NCBI GenBank assembly: GCA_022426155.1
Contig: JAKMEE010000022.1
Location: forward strand, 90,610 to 154,609
DNA length: 64,000 nt
Source: Poseidonia sp.
GTDB taxonomy: Archaea > Thermoplasmatota > Poseidoniia > Poseidoniales > Poseidoniaceae
Reading direction: 5' to 3'
Shown here piece by piece: positions 29,492-39,813 of the stretch. Under the pieces are notes generated by a model. The model had not been told where the DNA came from. It did not search any database and saw nothing but the letters and a program-made list of their open reading frames with translations. Every line of letters begins with the position of its first letter. Position 1 is the stretch's first letter. The position numbers were made by a program, and so were the translations under genes.

Positions 29492-30718
29492 ATGCGGACA
29501 TGCGATGTTGTGGTGATTGGTGCGGGGCCTGGTGGTGGTTCGGCTGCACTCCATGCCTCCCGTGCAGGTTTGACGACCTTGATATTGGAGGCTGACCCAG
29601 AGGTCGGAACGCCTGTCCATTGTGGCGAATGTCTTTCCGAGCTAGCGGTTCAAAATCTAGATTTGAAAATCCCAGATCATGTCAAAGCGCTGGACGTGAA
29701 GGGCATTCGCGTCATCTTCCCAGACGGGACAGAAAAGTTGCTCACCGAAGAAGGCTATGTCTTGGAGAAGCATTTGTTTGAACGCTGGCTTTGCGATGAA
29801 GCCTCCAAAGAAGGAGCGGAATTATTGCTCCATCATCGCGTCACTTCAATGGAGAGAGTTTACAATAGCGAAAATAAATTCACCAATTGGAAAATAGACG
29901 GTAAGGGCGATGAATTCCCCATTGAATGTCGTGGTGTAATCGATGCATCTGGAGTTTCGGGTGCAGCATCGAAATTGCTCAACATGGGCGGTGATGTAGA
30001 GGTGATTGCAGGTTTCCAATACGAAATGCTCGATGTACCAAATGACGGCTATCTTGATTTCTACCTCTGGCCGAAATACTCACCGCATGGGTATGTTTGG
30101 ATGATCCCCAAAGAAGGCGGGAGAGCGAATGTAGGGTTGGTTACCACCGACAAAAAAGGGGCCATCAAGTACCTTGAATCATTCATTCAGGACACCTACC
30201 TCGCCGACAAACCTACGGTCAATCCGCCATGGCGGGCCGAGGGTATCAAAATCCGTCCATTTGGAGGCACCATTCCCATCTCTGGGCCACGAACCACAAC
30301 CGTGGGCGAAGGCGTCTTGTTGGTGGGTGATGCTGCTGGATTCACATCGCCTCTTTTCGAAGGGGGTTCCCACCTCGCGCTCTGGTCTGGTCGAGAGGCA
30401 GCACAAACAATGGCTCGCGCCCTTGAAGCAAACGATCTCAGCGAAAAGCGTTTGATGGAATATCAACAGGCTTGGAAAAAGGCATTTCCTCCGTATCATA
30501 AAATCCTCAAAGGAAAAACAGCCCTCTACAACTTGACCGATTCTGAAATGTCAGCCATGGCCCGATGCCTCCCCGAAGAGCTTGGAAACATGAGTCCCTT
30601 TGATAAAGTGAAAATTGGGTTGCGGTTGTTGGTACGCCGGCCATTGCTGTTCACGAAGCGAGTGATTCCTGTCCTTCTGTCCTTCGGGTATTCTCGGGCT
30701 AAATTCTTTGGCTGGTAA
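29492..30718 (+). CDS. Geranylgeranyl reductase-family flavoprotein (prenyl-chain reductase)
   Basis: FAD fingerprint CDVVVIGAGPGGG, plus VGDAAGF and overall GGR-like length. ATG 29492 is preceded by AGGAGG. Confidence 0.8.
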   Translation: MRTCDVVVIGAGPGGGSAALHASRAGLTTLILEADPEVGTPVHCGECLSELAVQNLDLKIPDHVKALDVKGIRVIFPDGTEKLLTEEGYVLEKHLFERWLCDEASKEGAELLLHHRVTSMERVYNSENKFTNWKIDGKGDEFPIECRGVIDASGVSGAASKLLNMGGDVEVIAGFQYEMLDVPNDGYLDFYLWPKYSPHGYVWMIPKEGGRANVGLVTTDKKGAIKYLESFIQDTYLADKPTVNPPWRAEGIKIRPFGGTIPISGPRTTTVGEGVLLVGDAAGFTSPLFEGGSHLALWSGREAAQTMARALEANDLSEKRLMEYQQAWKKAFPPYHKILKGKTALYNLTDSEMSAMARCLPEELGNMSPFDKVKIGLRLLVRRPLLFTKRVIPVLLSFGYSRAKFFGW

Positions 30719-30774
30719 TCTTCAATTCATAGCCCTGTTATGAGCAAAAGGCCTTGAGGGACGGAGCCTGCCCT

Positions 30775-33300
30775 ATGGCCATGTGGGGGGTAACGCTTTG
30801 GCTGGCTTTGCTCGCTTTGGTTGTACTGATCTGGCAGCCACGGCTCCATGAACGTTCAACCACTCTCTCTTTCGCCCTTCATGCATTGCTTGCAATGCCG
30901 TTTTTCGTGCTTGCTAGTTTGTTTATCGCGAACGATACCTCGGTGCTGCACGTTGCAGCATTTGGTGGCGAAACATTGCCTTTGAAATATCGATTTGCTG
31001 CAACATGGGCCGCTCGAGAAGGCCCCTTGCTCATGTGGCTTGGCTGGATGGGGTTGCTTTCCTGGCTGTGGCGAAAGCCGTTGAAATCGGAGAATTTTGA
31101 GGTGCATGAAACCCGCTTACGTTTGTCTCACCTGATGAGTCTGACCTTGCTCCTGATTTCTTTTTCATTGGGGCCCTTCAAATCTACACCGGCGTTTTAC
31201 ATTGGCCCTGGGCTGAATCCATTGCTTCAGACCGATTTGATGGTCATCCATCCACCTTTGGTATTCCTCGCCTACTCCATGTGCTTACATTTGACGGCGA
31301 TTGGGCTTTCATCAGCCTATTCAAATCATGAAGAGGGGTTGCAAGCAAGAATTCTGGCTGTGGCTCGCCCGGCCCTTTTTGTTGCCACGCTAGGAATTGG
31401 GCTTGGGGGTCTTTGGGCTTACCTTATTCTCGATTGGGGGGGGTATTGGGCTTGGGATCCTGTGGAAACGGGTTCATTCCTCCCCTGGCTCGCCCTTGTG
31501 ATGTTGGTACATCTTCGCACACGACCAGGTTCAATTTCCTCAAGCGTTTGGGCTGGAGGGGCGATTCTCACTGGATTTTTGGCCCTCTTTGCAACCACGG
31601 TGACCAGAGCAGGTGGTGTATGGGCATCTTCGATTCACACGTTCGTGACCAACGATGCAGGTACTCAACCGGACGATGTCTTTGGGCGTCTGATGGTACT
31701 CAAAGGTGATGCTGCAGCCACAGAAGTTCTCACTTATACTGTTTGGATGCTGATTCTCATTGGATGTTGGTTCGCCGTTCAGCGGCAGGCCTTTCTCAAA
31801 ACTCCAATGCATTTTCGTCACGTCTGGGTGGTAGCCCTACCGCCTGCTTTGGCGTTGATTGGTGCCGTGTTTATGAGCGGAGATGATCCGTTGTTTGACT
31901 GGACTCCTGTGCCTGAACAAATGATTGCTGGTGTCGTTTTGATTCCGTTGCTTCTTCTTGAGAGAACGGTGAAGAAAACGACCGACGACACAGATTGGAC
32001 CTATCATGGTGTGACGAAGTTTCCCCTGCATGTCCTATTCGTGGTGGCCTTGTATGCTCTAACCTCTGACCTATTGCTTACGTTATTGTTCACCTCATTA
32101 TTGCTGCCTCTGTATTATGCTCCCAGAGCACTCGATGCTTGGCCCTGGGCATCAGCTGGTGTGATGGCAGGATTGGCCCTTGCTTGGTCACAATTACTCA
32201 CCCTGCCTGTTGCGGGCTTGGTACTGTTGGTGTTTCTTTTCCCATGGCTTGTAGCCCCTACAGACGAAACGGAAACATCATTCCATCTTGGGGAACGTCG
32301 AACCCAACTTCAGGTGGCTTTGTGGGGCAGTGTTATTCTTGTGGGGTTGTACCTTGTGTTGACCTGGGTCTTGCTCATCTCAAGCATTGATGCGGTGAAT
32401 TTTGATGCCCATGAATTGTACGGTGCCCCGTTCATGGCTGGTCTGGGTGTGTGCTTTTTCCTCTACACTCGACGTCGCGATGCTTCAAAGCAGAACCTGC
32501 TCTACCTTGGAGGAGTTTCCGTGATTGCATTGCTTGGGGCCCTCTTCGCCCCCAATGCCTTGGGCGCAGATTCGGCAACTGCGATATCGTCCACTCTGAC
32601 ACGAGGGCATGTTGTGTGGTTGAGTATGCCCTTCCTCATTTTGGCAGTCGCTCCCTTAGGACGTGAAGTTGTTCAACAATGGCAACGGCATCGTTCGAAA
32701 GGCCTCCGCCTTTCGATTCCATTTTCTGCCCATATCGTTCACTTTGGCCTCCTTCTCCTCCTTTTAGGCCATCTTTCCACGACTGTTTTGGTGGAGCGCG
32801 GCGATGCTAGCCATCGATTAACTCTTGTCCGAGATGAAGTCATGATTCACGACGGGTTGGGGTATGAATTCACCGATGTGATTCTCCAATCTAAGGATTT
32901 GGAAGTCGGTGACGGGCTTGTAGTTGTCCACATCAACGTCTATGAAACTTCAAACGGAGAAGTTGGTGAACGCATTGGACAGGTTGAGCCAGGAATGCTT
33001 CGTTTCGATTCTCAAGGCGTTCCCCGATCCGAAGTGGATACTTTGACTCGCCTTACGGGTGATGTTGTTTTCATCTTTGACGGAAGTCAGGCATCTTCCC
33101 TGATGCAGAGTGTTCAGTCGGAATCCTTGGATGGTGTTGAATTAGTGCGCGTGACGGTGTACGAATTACCGCACTCACACATTGTCTGGCTCGGTTGGGT
33201 CACCATGATGGTGGGTATGCTGATGATTACAGTCTTGCAAGGCAACTCCAACGATAATTCACTAAATTCACCTCAAAATTCAGGCATTGAAGAAGAGTAA
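30775..33300 (+). CDS. ccmF: CcmF-type cytochrome c heme lyase / heme-handling protein
   Basis: WWD motif WGGYWAWDPVETGSFLPWL and the upstream periplasmic His block NPLLQTDLMVIHPPLVFLAYS, as in CcmF. Many TM helices and a soluble C-terminal domain. Confidence 0.7.
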   Translation: MAMWGVTLWLALLALVVLIWQPRLHERSTTLSFALHALLAMPFFVLASLFIANDTSVLHVAAFGGETLPLKYRFAATWAAREGPLLMWLGWMGLLSWLWRKPLKSENFEVHETRLRLSHLMSLTLLLISFSLGPFKSTPAFYIGPGLNPLLQTDLMVIHPPLVFLAYSMCLHLTAIGLSSAYSNHEEGLQARILAVARPALFVATLGIGLGGLWAYLILDWGGYWAWDPVETGSFLPWLALVMLVHLRTRPGSISSSVWAGGAILTGFLALFATTVTRAGGVWASSIHTFVTNDAGTQPDDVFGRLMVLKGDAAATEVLTYTVWMLILIGCWFAVQRQAFLKTPMHFRHVWVVALPPALALIGAVFMSGDDPLFDWTPVPEQMIAGVVLIPLLLLERTVKKTTDDTDWTYHGVTKFPLHVLFVVALYALTSDLLLTLLFTSLLLPLYYAPRALDAWPWASAGVMAGLALAWSQLLTLPVAGLVLLVFLFPWLVAPTDETETSFHLGERRTQLQVALWGSVILVGLYLVLTWVLLISSIDAVNFDAHELYGAPFMAGLGVCFFLYTRRRDASKQNLLYLGGVSVIALLGALFAPNALGADSATAISSTLTRGHVVWLSMPFLILAVAPLGREVVQQWQRHRSKGLRLSIPFSAHIVHFGLLLLLLGHLSTTVLVERGDASHRLTLVRDEVMIHDGLGYEFTDVILQSKDLEVGDGLVVVHINVYETSNGEVGERIGQVEPGMLRFDSQGVPRSEVDTLTRLTGDVVFIFDGSQASSLMQSVQSESLDGVELVRVTVYELPHSHIVWLGWVTMMVGMLMITVLQGNSNDNSLNSPQNSGIEEE

Positions 33301-33364
33301 CTACCGCCAATGGAATTATGAAGGGGGGGTTGGTCGCCGAATCATCCCCTTTGGAGGCACAACC

Positions 33365-34231
33365 ATGGAAGAAGGAACGATTGTCCACGTAGATTATGAA
33401 CTTTACAACGGTGAAAGCGGAGACCTCATTGAGACCACTCGCGAAGAAGTCGCCAAAGAACACGATAGCCATCAAGAAAACCGCACATACCAACCAATGG
33501 TGTGCGTAGTTGGAGGTGGCAACCTCATTCCAGGTTTCGAAGCAGCACTTGCTGATGCAAAAGCCAACAAGGAAACTGAAGTGACCATCGCTCCAGCCGA
33601 TGCTTACGGAGAGAAGGACCCGGAGCAAATTGAAACGATTAGCATCGACAAATTGATTCGCGCAGTCCAAGACCCGAACTCACTCTACATCGGCGCTCCT
33701 GTCACCATCAACAACCGTCAGGGTCACCTTTCCTATCTCGCAGCAGGCAGAGCTCGAATCGACTACAACCACCCCATGGCTGGAAAGAAGTTGAAGTACA
33801 CCTTCAAAATCGTTCAAGTCGTTGAAGGAAAAGAAGACAAGGTGATGGCTTTGCTTCAATCTAACACCGGCCACACCGATTTCGAAGTATCATTTGACAA
33901 GGAAGACCTTAGTATCGTTCTTCCACAAACCATGCTCTTTGATACCAACGCAGCCATGCTCAAATTCCGTTTGGTGACCATCATTCGTGATGCTGTCGAA
34001 TGTGGTAAAGTTTCCTTCATCGAAGTTCACGAACCCCGTGGCTTTGGAGTCGAAGACGACCATGACCATGACCATGACCATGACCATGACCATGATCACG
34101 ATCACGACCATTCCGAAGATTTGAGTTCCCTCTCGGTGGCTCAACTCAAAGAGCGCTGCAAGGCTGCAGGTCTGCCTGTTGGCGGAAAGAAGGCCGATCT
34201 CATCGCTCGTCTCTCTCAAGAAGAAGAATGA
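33365..34231 (+). CDS. FKBP/SlyD-type peptidyl-prolyl isomerase with a (Asp-His)9 tract and a C-terminal SAP-like motif
   Basis: FKBP core VHVDYELYNGESGDLIETT...GGGNLIPGFEAAL...APADAYGEKDPE. Then DD(HD)n at nt 34058-34111. Then SVAQLKERCKAAGLPVGGKKADLIARLSQ (nt 34133-34219), a helix-extended-helix SAP-like pattern. Confidence 0.75.
   Translation: MEEGTIVHVDYELYNGESGDLIETTREEVAKEHDSHQENRTYQPMVCVVGGGNLIPGFEAALADAKANKETEVTIAPADAYGEKDPEQIETISIDKLIRAVQDPNSLYIGAPVTINNRQGHLSYLAAGRARIDYNHPMAGKKLKYTFKIVQVVEGKEDKVMALLQSNTGHTDFEVSFDKEDLSIVLPQTMLFDTNAAMLKFRLVTIIRDAVECGKVSFIEVHEPRGFGVEDDHDHDHDHDHDHDHDHDHSEDLSSLSVAQLKERCKAAGLPVGGKKADLIARLSQEEE
34058..34111 (+). repeat. Hexanucleotide tandem repeat (GACCAT)6-(GATCAC)2-GACCAT encoding (Asp-His)9
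   Basis: Read directly from the sequence, in frame inside the FKBP gene. Confidence 0.95.
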
Positions 34232-34304
34232 ATCCATTTTCGTGGCGCACGTGTTGCGTTAGAACGATAGGTTGAGGCTCACTGGGCGAAGTGGAGGGCA
34301 TATC

Positions 34305-35693
34305 ATGGAAGAAGAAGCACCTGCTTCGGAAGCGGTGGAATCGTACACTTCACCACTCCCTGATGACCAATACGCTCCGGTAGAGAAGGTGATTATTGGG
34401 CTGGCAATCGGTGCGGGCCTTCTTGCGGTTGCAGGCTTGATGCTTGCATTTGATACCGTTTGGACCGATACTCTTCGCCCAATTATCTGGGAGCCAGTGG
34501 TGAGGGATGCTGGAAGTGCAGGTGATGCAGGCTATACGCCAGAAAACACCGCGATTTATACCTTCAGCATGCTTGCTAGTGTTGTTCTGCTTCAGGCCAT
34601 CTTCCGGAAATGGCGACTCCCTGTGGATGAACGAATGACCTTGGCACTGATCGCTTGGGTGTGCCTCGCTCCCGTCCTTCGAGTTCTCGAAGACGCTGAC
34701 TTTTTCTCATCTTCACGAGATGTGTTATTCATCTCGCCGCTCATACATTTGCACTTGGCTGCGTGGCTGATTGGTATTGCTTTGTTGAGCCATGTATTAG
34801 GTGGCAAATGGAATGGTTCTACAGGGGATGTAAACGAGGAACGTCAGCGAACCGTCATCTTCGGAGGATTGTTCATTGCGTTGGCGGCTCACTGGAATTT
34901 CCTGTACAGGCCAGCCTATGCCACACATCCAGATATTGACTTCTCCTTTGCACTCGCTGCTCTTGTTCTCTCCTGTCTCGTCCTTTGGATGACCATGGTG
35001 TACACACGAGCTTGGCCAGCCATGACTCGGGGTATGCTCGCCTTTGCCTCTGGGGCCGTAGTGTTGGGCGTTGGCCATTGGGTTCAATTCATGATTACGC
35101 CATGGGCACAAGAAAGTGGACGTGTTTCAACCGAGTTGACCTTTTGGCCAATTTGGATCGTCCTTGGCCTCCCTGCGCTGGTCTGCTGGGTGTTGTATTC
35201 CATTGGCCGGGACGATGCAATGCAATTGAAACTCACAGGCCATCACCCTGGAGTGTTGCCAAGAGAAATTAGTCTGAAAGAATGGGAGGAAAATCCAGAG
35301 CGATTTGCTTCTCATCCTGTTGAATTCCTGTCCAATAAAGCACTTCTCGCCCATCCGATGGTTCTTGGAATGGTGTTTGGCCAACTTGCAGATGGCTTTG
35401 CGACCATGATGGGTATTGACATGTTTGGCTACGGTGAAAAACATCCGGTCAGCAACGCTGTGATTCAATATGGTGGTAGAATCAACGACTCTTTGGGCAT
35501 TGGATGGGGTGAAGGAGCCTGGCTCTTTGCATTGGTGAAAGCGTGTTTGGTGGGATTGATTGTTTGGCTTTTTGTTCAGATGCGCGTGGAACATCGCCAG
35601 CAACATTTCCGTCTTCTCATCGTGCTTGCAGTGATGATCGTCGGTCTCGCACCCGGTCTTCGTGACATTGGGCGCCTGATGTTGGGCGTGTGA
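34305..35693 (+). CDS. Polytopic membrane protein, DUF63-like
   Basis: More than 8 hydrophobic helices. The block FGQLADGFATMMGIDMFGYGEKHPVSN resembles the conserved motif of the archaeal DUF63 family. This is recalled from memory and not verified. Confidence 0.45.
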   Translation: MEEEAPASEAVESYTSPLPDDQYAPVEKVIIGLAIGAGLLAVAGLMLAFDTVWTDTLRPIIWEPVVRDAGSAGDAGYTPENTAIYTFSMLASVVLLQAIFRKWRLPVDERMTLALIAWVCLAPVLRVLEDADFFSSSRDVLFISPLIHLHLAAWLIGIALLSHVLGGKWNGSTGDVNEERQRTVIFGGLFIALAAHWNFLYRPAYATHPDIDFSFALAALVLSCLVLWMTMVYTRAWPAMTRGMLAFASGAVVLGVGHWVQFMITPWAQESGRVSTELTFWPIWIVLGLPALVCWVLYSIGRDDAMQLKLTGHHPGVLPREISLKEWEENPERFASHPVEFLSNKALLAHPMVLGMVFGQLADGFATMMGIDMFGYGEKHPVSNAVIQYGGRINDSLGIGWGEGAWLFALVKACLVGLIVWLFVQMRVEHRQQHFRLLIVLAVMIVGLAPGLRDIGRLMLGV

Positions 35694-35773
35694 AATCTGA
35701 ACTCAACGGACGCTTCATAGGGCTTGCATGAGATTAAATGCGGCCAACCCTTCGGATTCATTGAGGGGTGAAC

Positions 35774-37384
35774 ATGGACCGATTACCAACCCGTGTGAAC
35801 CGCGCAGACCCTGATTTTGCTCTTCGCAAAGCCCACAATGAATCCTTGATTGAAGTGCTCAGAGAACGCTTGGAGATCTCGTCCAATGGCGGCGGTGGAA
35901 AATACGTCGAACGTCACCGTTCCCGTAACAAACATCTTCCCCGTGAACGAATTGAACGAATCATTGACCCCGGGACGGCTTTCCTTGAACTCTCCCCCCT
36001 TGCAGCCTACGGGTTGTACGATGAGCGTGCACACGCTGCAGGGATCGTTACAGGAATTGGCATGGTTCATGGAAGGGAGTGCCTCTTCGTCGCTAACGAT
36101 GCCACGGTGAAAGGAGGCTCCTATTATCCCATGACGGTCAAGAAACACATACGTGCTCAAACCGTGGCCCATGAGAATCATCTCCCATGCATCTATCTGG
36201 TGGATTCAGGGGGGGCGTTTTTGCCCATGCAGGATGAAGTCTTTCCAGACATTGGCCACTTTGGCCGAATTTTCCGAAATCAAGCTCGAATGTCCGGTGA
36301 TGGAATTCCACAAGTTGCAGCAGTTTTGGGTTCTTGTACTGCAGGAGGGGCCTATGTCCCTGCTATGTCAGATGAGTCCATCATCGTCAAAGGGAACGGG
36401 ACCATTTTCCTTGCAGGACCTCCATTGGTGAAAGCAGCCACTGGCGAGGAAGTAACGGCTGAAGAACTTGGAGGCGCTGAAGTTCACACCGTCCAATCTG
36501 GCGTGGCAGACCATTTCGCCGAAGATGAAGACGAAGCTCTTCGAATGGTTCGAAACGTTGTGGAGAATCTGGGGCCACGCACGCTCACAGCAGTGGCAAG
36601 TTCAGAGCCAGAACCACCCGCTCATGACGTGGAAGATTTACTCGGGCTGATTCCTGCTGACAACCGCACCCCCATCGATGTCCGTGAATTAATCGCACGA
36701 ATCGTAGACGGTTCGCGTTTCCACGAATTCAAAGCCAGATATGGCACCACGCTGGTTTGTGGGTTTGCACACATCCACGGCCATAAGGTCGGTATTGTGG
36801 CCAATAACGGAATTTTGTTTTCTGAATCATCATTGAAGGGTGCTCACTTCGTTGAACTATGTGGTCAACGAGGCATTCCCCTGGTGTTCCTACAAAACAT
36901 CACTGGATTCATGGTCGGCCAAGCTTACGAAGCAGGAGGCATCGCCAAAGACGGAGCCAAATTGGTTACGGCAGTTTCGTGTGTGAGTGTTCCGAAGTTC
37001 ACCGTTATCGTTGGAGGGTCCCATGGTGCTGGAAATTACGGGATGTGTGGCCGGGCTTACGACCCCCGTTTCCTCTTCATGTGGCCCAACAGCCGAATCT
37101 CAGTGATGGGAGGGCCTCAAGCGGCAGATGTTCTGGCTACTGTCAAGCAAGATCAACGAGCTCGTGAGGGCCTGCCTCCCCTTGAAGGCGATGAACTCGA
37201 AGAATTCCGCCGCCCAATCTTAGAAAAATACGAAACCGAAGGTAGCCCGTATTACTCGACCGCACGGCTGTGGGATGATGGCATCATTGACCCACGCGAT
37301 ACTCGTGATGTACTCGGGCTTTGTCTTGCATCCGCAAGGAATGCACCAAATCCCGACAATCGTTATGGCATATTCAGAATGTGA
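35774..37384 (+). CDS. Methylcrotonyl-CoA carboxylase beta subunit (carboxyltransferase)
   Basis: Long collinear similarity to the MCC-beta pattern: [99 protein letters not shown]. Confidence 0.85.
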   Translation: MDRLPTRVNRADPDFALRKAHNESLIEVLRERLEISSNGGGGKYVERHRSRNKHLPRERIERIIDPGTAFLELSPLAAYGLYDERAHAAGIVTGIGMVHGRECLFVANDATVKGGSYYPMTVKKHIRAQTVAHENHLPCIYLVDSGGAFLPMQDEVFPDIGHFGRIFRNQARMSGDGIPQVAAVLGSCTAGGAYVPAMSDESIIVKGNGTIFLAGPPLVKAATGEEVTAEELGGAEVHTVQSGVADHFAEDEDEALRMVRNVVENLGPRTLTAVASSEPEPPAHDVEDLLGLIPADNRTPIDVRELIARIVDGSRFHEFKARYGTTLVCGFAHIHGHKVGIVANNGILFSESSLKGAHFVELCGQRGIPLVFLQNITGFMVGQAYEAGGIAKDGAKLVTAVSCVSVPKFTVIVGGSHGAGNYGMCGRAYDPRFLFMWPNSRISVMGGPQAADVLATVKQDQRAREGLPPLEGDELEEFRRPILEKYETEGSPYYSTARLWDDGIIDPRDTRDVLGLCLASARNAPNPDNRYGIFRM

Positions 37385-37426
37385 TTTACCAATACGATAT
37401 TTAAAATTACAATTGGAGAAATAGAC

Positions 37427-38293
37427 ATGAAAATCATGGATAACCCGCCCTCAACGACCTTTATCGATACCAAGATCGAGGGGTCAGTTGTTCGTCTGAC
37501 TCTGAATCGGCCAGAGAAATTCAATGCCCTCAATGTGGAAATGATACAAGAGATTATTTCTGTCCTTGAATGGACATCTGAGCGCAGTGCAGGACGACAA
37601 AACGCTTTGCACGATGTTCATGGCCAAGCCTACCTAAGGGTCCTCGTACTTTCTGGCAACGGCCGGCATTTCTGTGCTGGAGCCGATATCAACATGATGA
37701 GGGATGCTGGAGCCAACACTCCTGAAGAGAATCGCCGAGATTCTGAACGACTTGATCGTCTGTTCAATGGATTGTGGGCTCATCCTTGCTTCACCATAGC
37801 GGCGATTCAAGGTGTTGCTCTTGGTGGTGGGGCAGGATTGGTTTCCTGTTGCGATTATGTGGTGGGTGCTCAAAACACTCGCCTTGCCCTCTCAGAAGCA
37901 AAACTCGGCATACTTCCAGCCGTTATTGGACCCTATGTTTATCGGCGATTGGGGTCGAGTGCATTTCGTCGTCTTGCCATGCAGGCAAGCCGTGTTCAAT
38001 CCGATGAAGCACTTCGAATTGGCTTTGTTGAACAGATAGTCGAAACACATGAAGAACTCGACTCGGCCGTGCAAGCAATGGTTGATGAAGTTCTTACGAC
38101 GGGTCCTTCCGCTGTAACTCTGGCAAAGGAACTCACTCTGGGCTTTGATCGATGGACGGGTTCAGATGAAGCATTGCGGCAGTGGACGTTGGATTTCACC
38201 AGTACCATGAGGGGATCGAAAGAAGGCCAAGAAGGCCTCAGCTCTTTCCTTGAGAAGCGATCACCAAACTGGAAACCAGAAGATAACGCGTGA
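37427..38293 (+). CDS. Enoyl-CoA hydratase/isomerase family, probable methylglutaconyl-CoA hydratase
   Basis: Crotonase fold blocks LNRPEKFNAL, FCAGADI, IAAIQGVALGGGAGL and SEAKLGILP. Its position between the MCC subunits suggests the leucine-pathway hydratase. Confidence 0.75.
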   Translation: MKIMDNPPSTTFIDTKIEGSVVRLTLNRPEKFNALNVEMIQEIISVLEWTSERSAGRQNALHDVHGQAYLRVLVLSGNGRHFCAGADINMMRDAGANTPEENRRDSERLDRLFNGLWAHPCFTIAAIQGVALGGGAGLVSCCDYVVGAQNTRLALSEAKLGILPAVIGPYVYRRLGSSAFRRLAMQASRVQSDEALRIGFVEQIVETHEELDSAVQAMVDEVLTTGPSAVTLAKELTLGFDRWTGSDEALRQWTLDFTSTMRGSKEGQEGLSSFLEKRSPNWKPEDNA

Positions 38294-38301
38294 GGGATTT
38301 C

Positions 38302-39813
38302 ATGATCGCGAAGGTATTGGTGGCAAATCGTGGTGAAATCGCCTGCCGGATTCTTCGAGCATGTCAAGAAGCGGAGATAGAGACCGTTGCAGTCTGTGCG
38401 CCTAACGACCTTGAGAGTATGTTCGTTGAGATGGCAGACGAAGTGGTTGTTCTTCGGGGTGACAGCATTGGTGAAACCTACCTCGACCACACTCAAATCA
38501 TTCAAGCCGCCTTGGATACTGGTGCTCATGCCATTCATCCAGGTTTTGGTTTTCTTTCCGAGCGCGCTGATGTTGCACGAGCGGTTGTCGACGCTGGACT
38601 TGTTTGGGTTGGGCCACGGGCTGAAGCGATCGAACAGATGGGAGACAAGATGACGGCTCGACAAACCATGCGCAAAGCGGGCGTCCCAGTCATTCCAGGG
38701 GAAGAAGTGGAGTCCATCGATGAAGATCAAGCCATGTTAGAGTTGGAAGAAGCAAGCACAAGGGTGGGATATCCATTGTTGTTGAAAGCTTCCAGTGGCG
38801 GTGGTGGAAAAGGCATGCGTGCTGTAACCAACCCATCAGAATTTCACGAAGCTGCTCGTGCAGCGCGAAGAGAAGCCGTTGCAGCTTTTGGTGATGGCCG
38901 CATTTACATCGAACGATTGCTCAGCGGCTCGAAACACGTTGAGATTCAAGTTCTCGCAGATAGCCACGGAACGACCATTCACTTGGGTGAACGAGAATGC
39001 AGTGTCCAGCGAAGACATCAGAAAGTGTTTGAGGAAGCCCCATGTGCCACGCTGACACCAGAATTGCGTGATGCTATGGGTGATGCAGCAGTTGCTGCAG
39101 CAGAAGCCGTCGCGTACGAAGGTGCAGGTACTGTTGAATTCTTGCTGGCTCCATCAGGAGAATTCTTCTTCCTTGAGATGAACACACGCATCCAAGTTGA
39201 GCATCCTGTGACTGAATTAGTGACCGGTGTTGATATTGTTCGTGAACAGTTGCGTATTGCGTCTGGCGCTCCAATGTCGTGCGGCCCCTTGAATTTGCGA
39301 GGTCATGCCATTGAGGTCCGACTTTACGCCGAAGATGCTGCCAATAATTTCCTGCCAGCCATCGGCCCTCTGGCCGTATTCCAGCCACCTCAGGGGCCAG
39401 GGATACGCCTCGATACAGGCGTGCGCGAGGGCGATGATGTGACGCCTAATTACGACCCAATGTTGGCCAAATTGATTGTATGGGCGCCGTCCCGAGTAGA
39501 AGCCTTGCAGCGAATGAGGCGGGCTTTGGATGAATTCGTGATTCTTGGTACGACGACAAATATCCGCTTTCTGCGTGAGTTGTGTGATGTTCAAGCTGTC
39601 ATTGAAGGCACGACCACTACGACAACGATCGATGATACATGGCCAAATGGATGGCAACCTTCTGAAAATCAATCCATAGAAGAGGCCTCGTTATTGATGG
39701 CTGCCATGGGAGAAACTCTTGGTTTACACCGAGTTCATCGAACCGGTGGCGAGGTGTCAGGTTCAACAGGACCTCCAAGTCCATTTGCTACGCTTCAAAG
39801 GAGGTATCCCTGA
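38302..39813 (+). CDS. Biotin carboxylase subunit of the acyl-CoA (methylcrotonyl-CoA) carboxylase
   Basis: [51 protein letters not shown] 38302 follows the upstream stop by 8 nt. Confidence 0.9.
   Translation: MIAKVLVANRGEIACRILRACQEAEIETVAVCAPNDLESMFVEMADEVVVLRGDSIGETYLDHTQIIQAALDTGAHAIHPGFGFLSERADVARAVVDAGLVWVGPRAEAIEQMGDKMTARQTMRKAGVPVIPGEEVESIDEDQAMLELEEASTRVGYPLLLKASSGGGGKGMRAVTNPSEFHEAARAARREAVAAFGDGRIYIERLLSGSKHVEIQVLADSHGTTIHLGERECSVQRRHQKVFEEAPCATLTPELRDAMGDAAVAAAEAVAYEGAGTVEFLLAPSGEFFFLEMNTRIQVEHPVTELVTGVDIVREQLRIASGAPMSCGPLNLRGHAIEVRLYAEDAANNFLPAIGPLAVFQPPQGPGIRLDTGVREGDDVTPNYDPMLAKLIVWAPSRVEALQRMRRALDEFVILGTTTNIRFLRELCDVQAVIEGTTTTTTIDDTWPNGWQPSENQSIEEASLLMAAMGETLGLHRVHRTGGEVSGSTGPPSPFATLQRRYP

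Noticed and set aside
29360-29620. 87-codon 5' extension of the ubiD ORF, and the 13-codon extension of the reductase ORF (29453-29491)
   Set aside because: The extensions overlap each other across the divergent promoter. The extension of ubiD is Arg/Thr/His-rich junk preceding the conserved UbiD N-terminus.
37996-38730. 244-aa ORF on the minus strand
   Set aside because: It is entirely antisense to the well-supported enoyl-CoA hydratase and biotin carboxylase genes. It has no recognisable motif and an Arg/Ser/Cys-rich shadow-frame composition.
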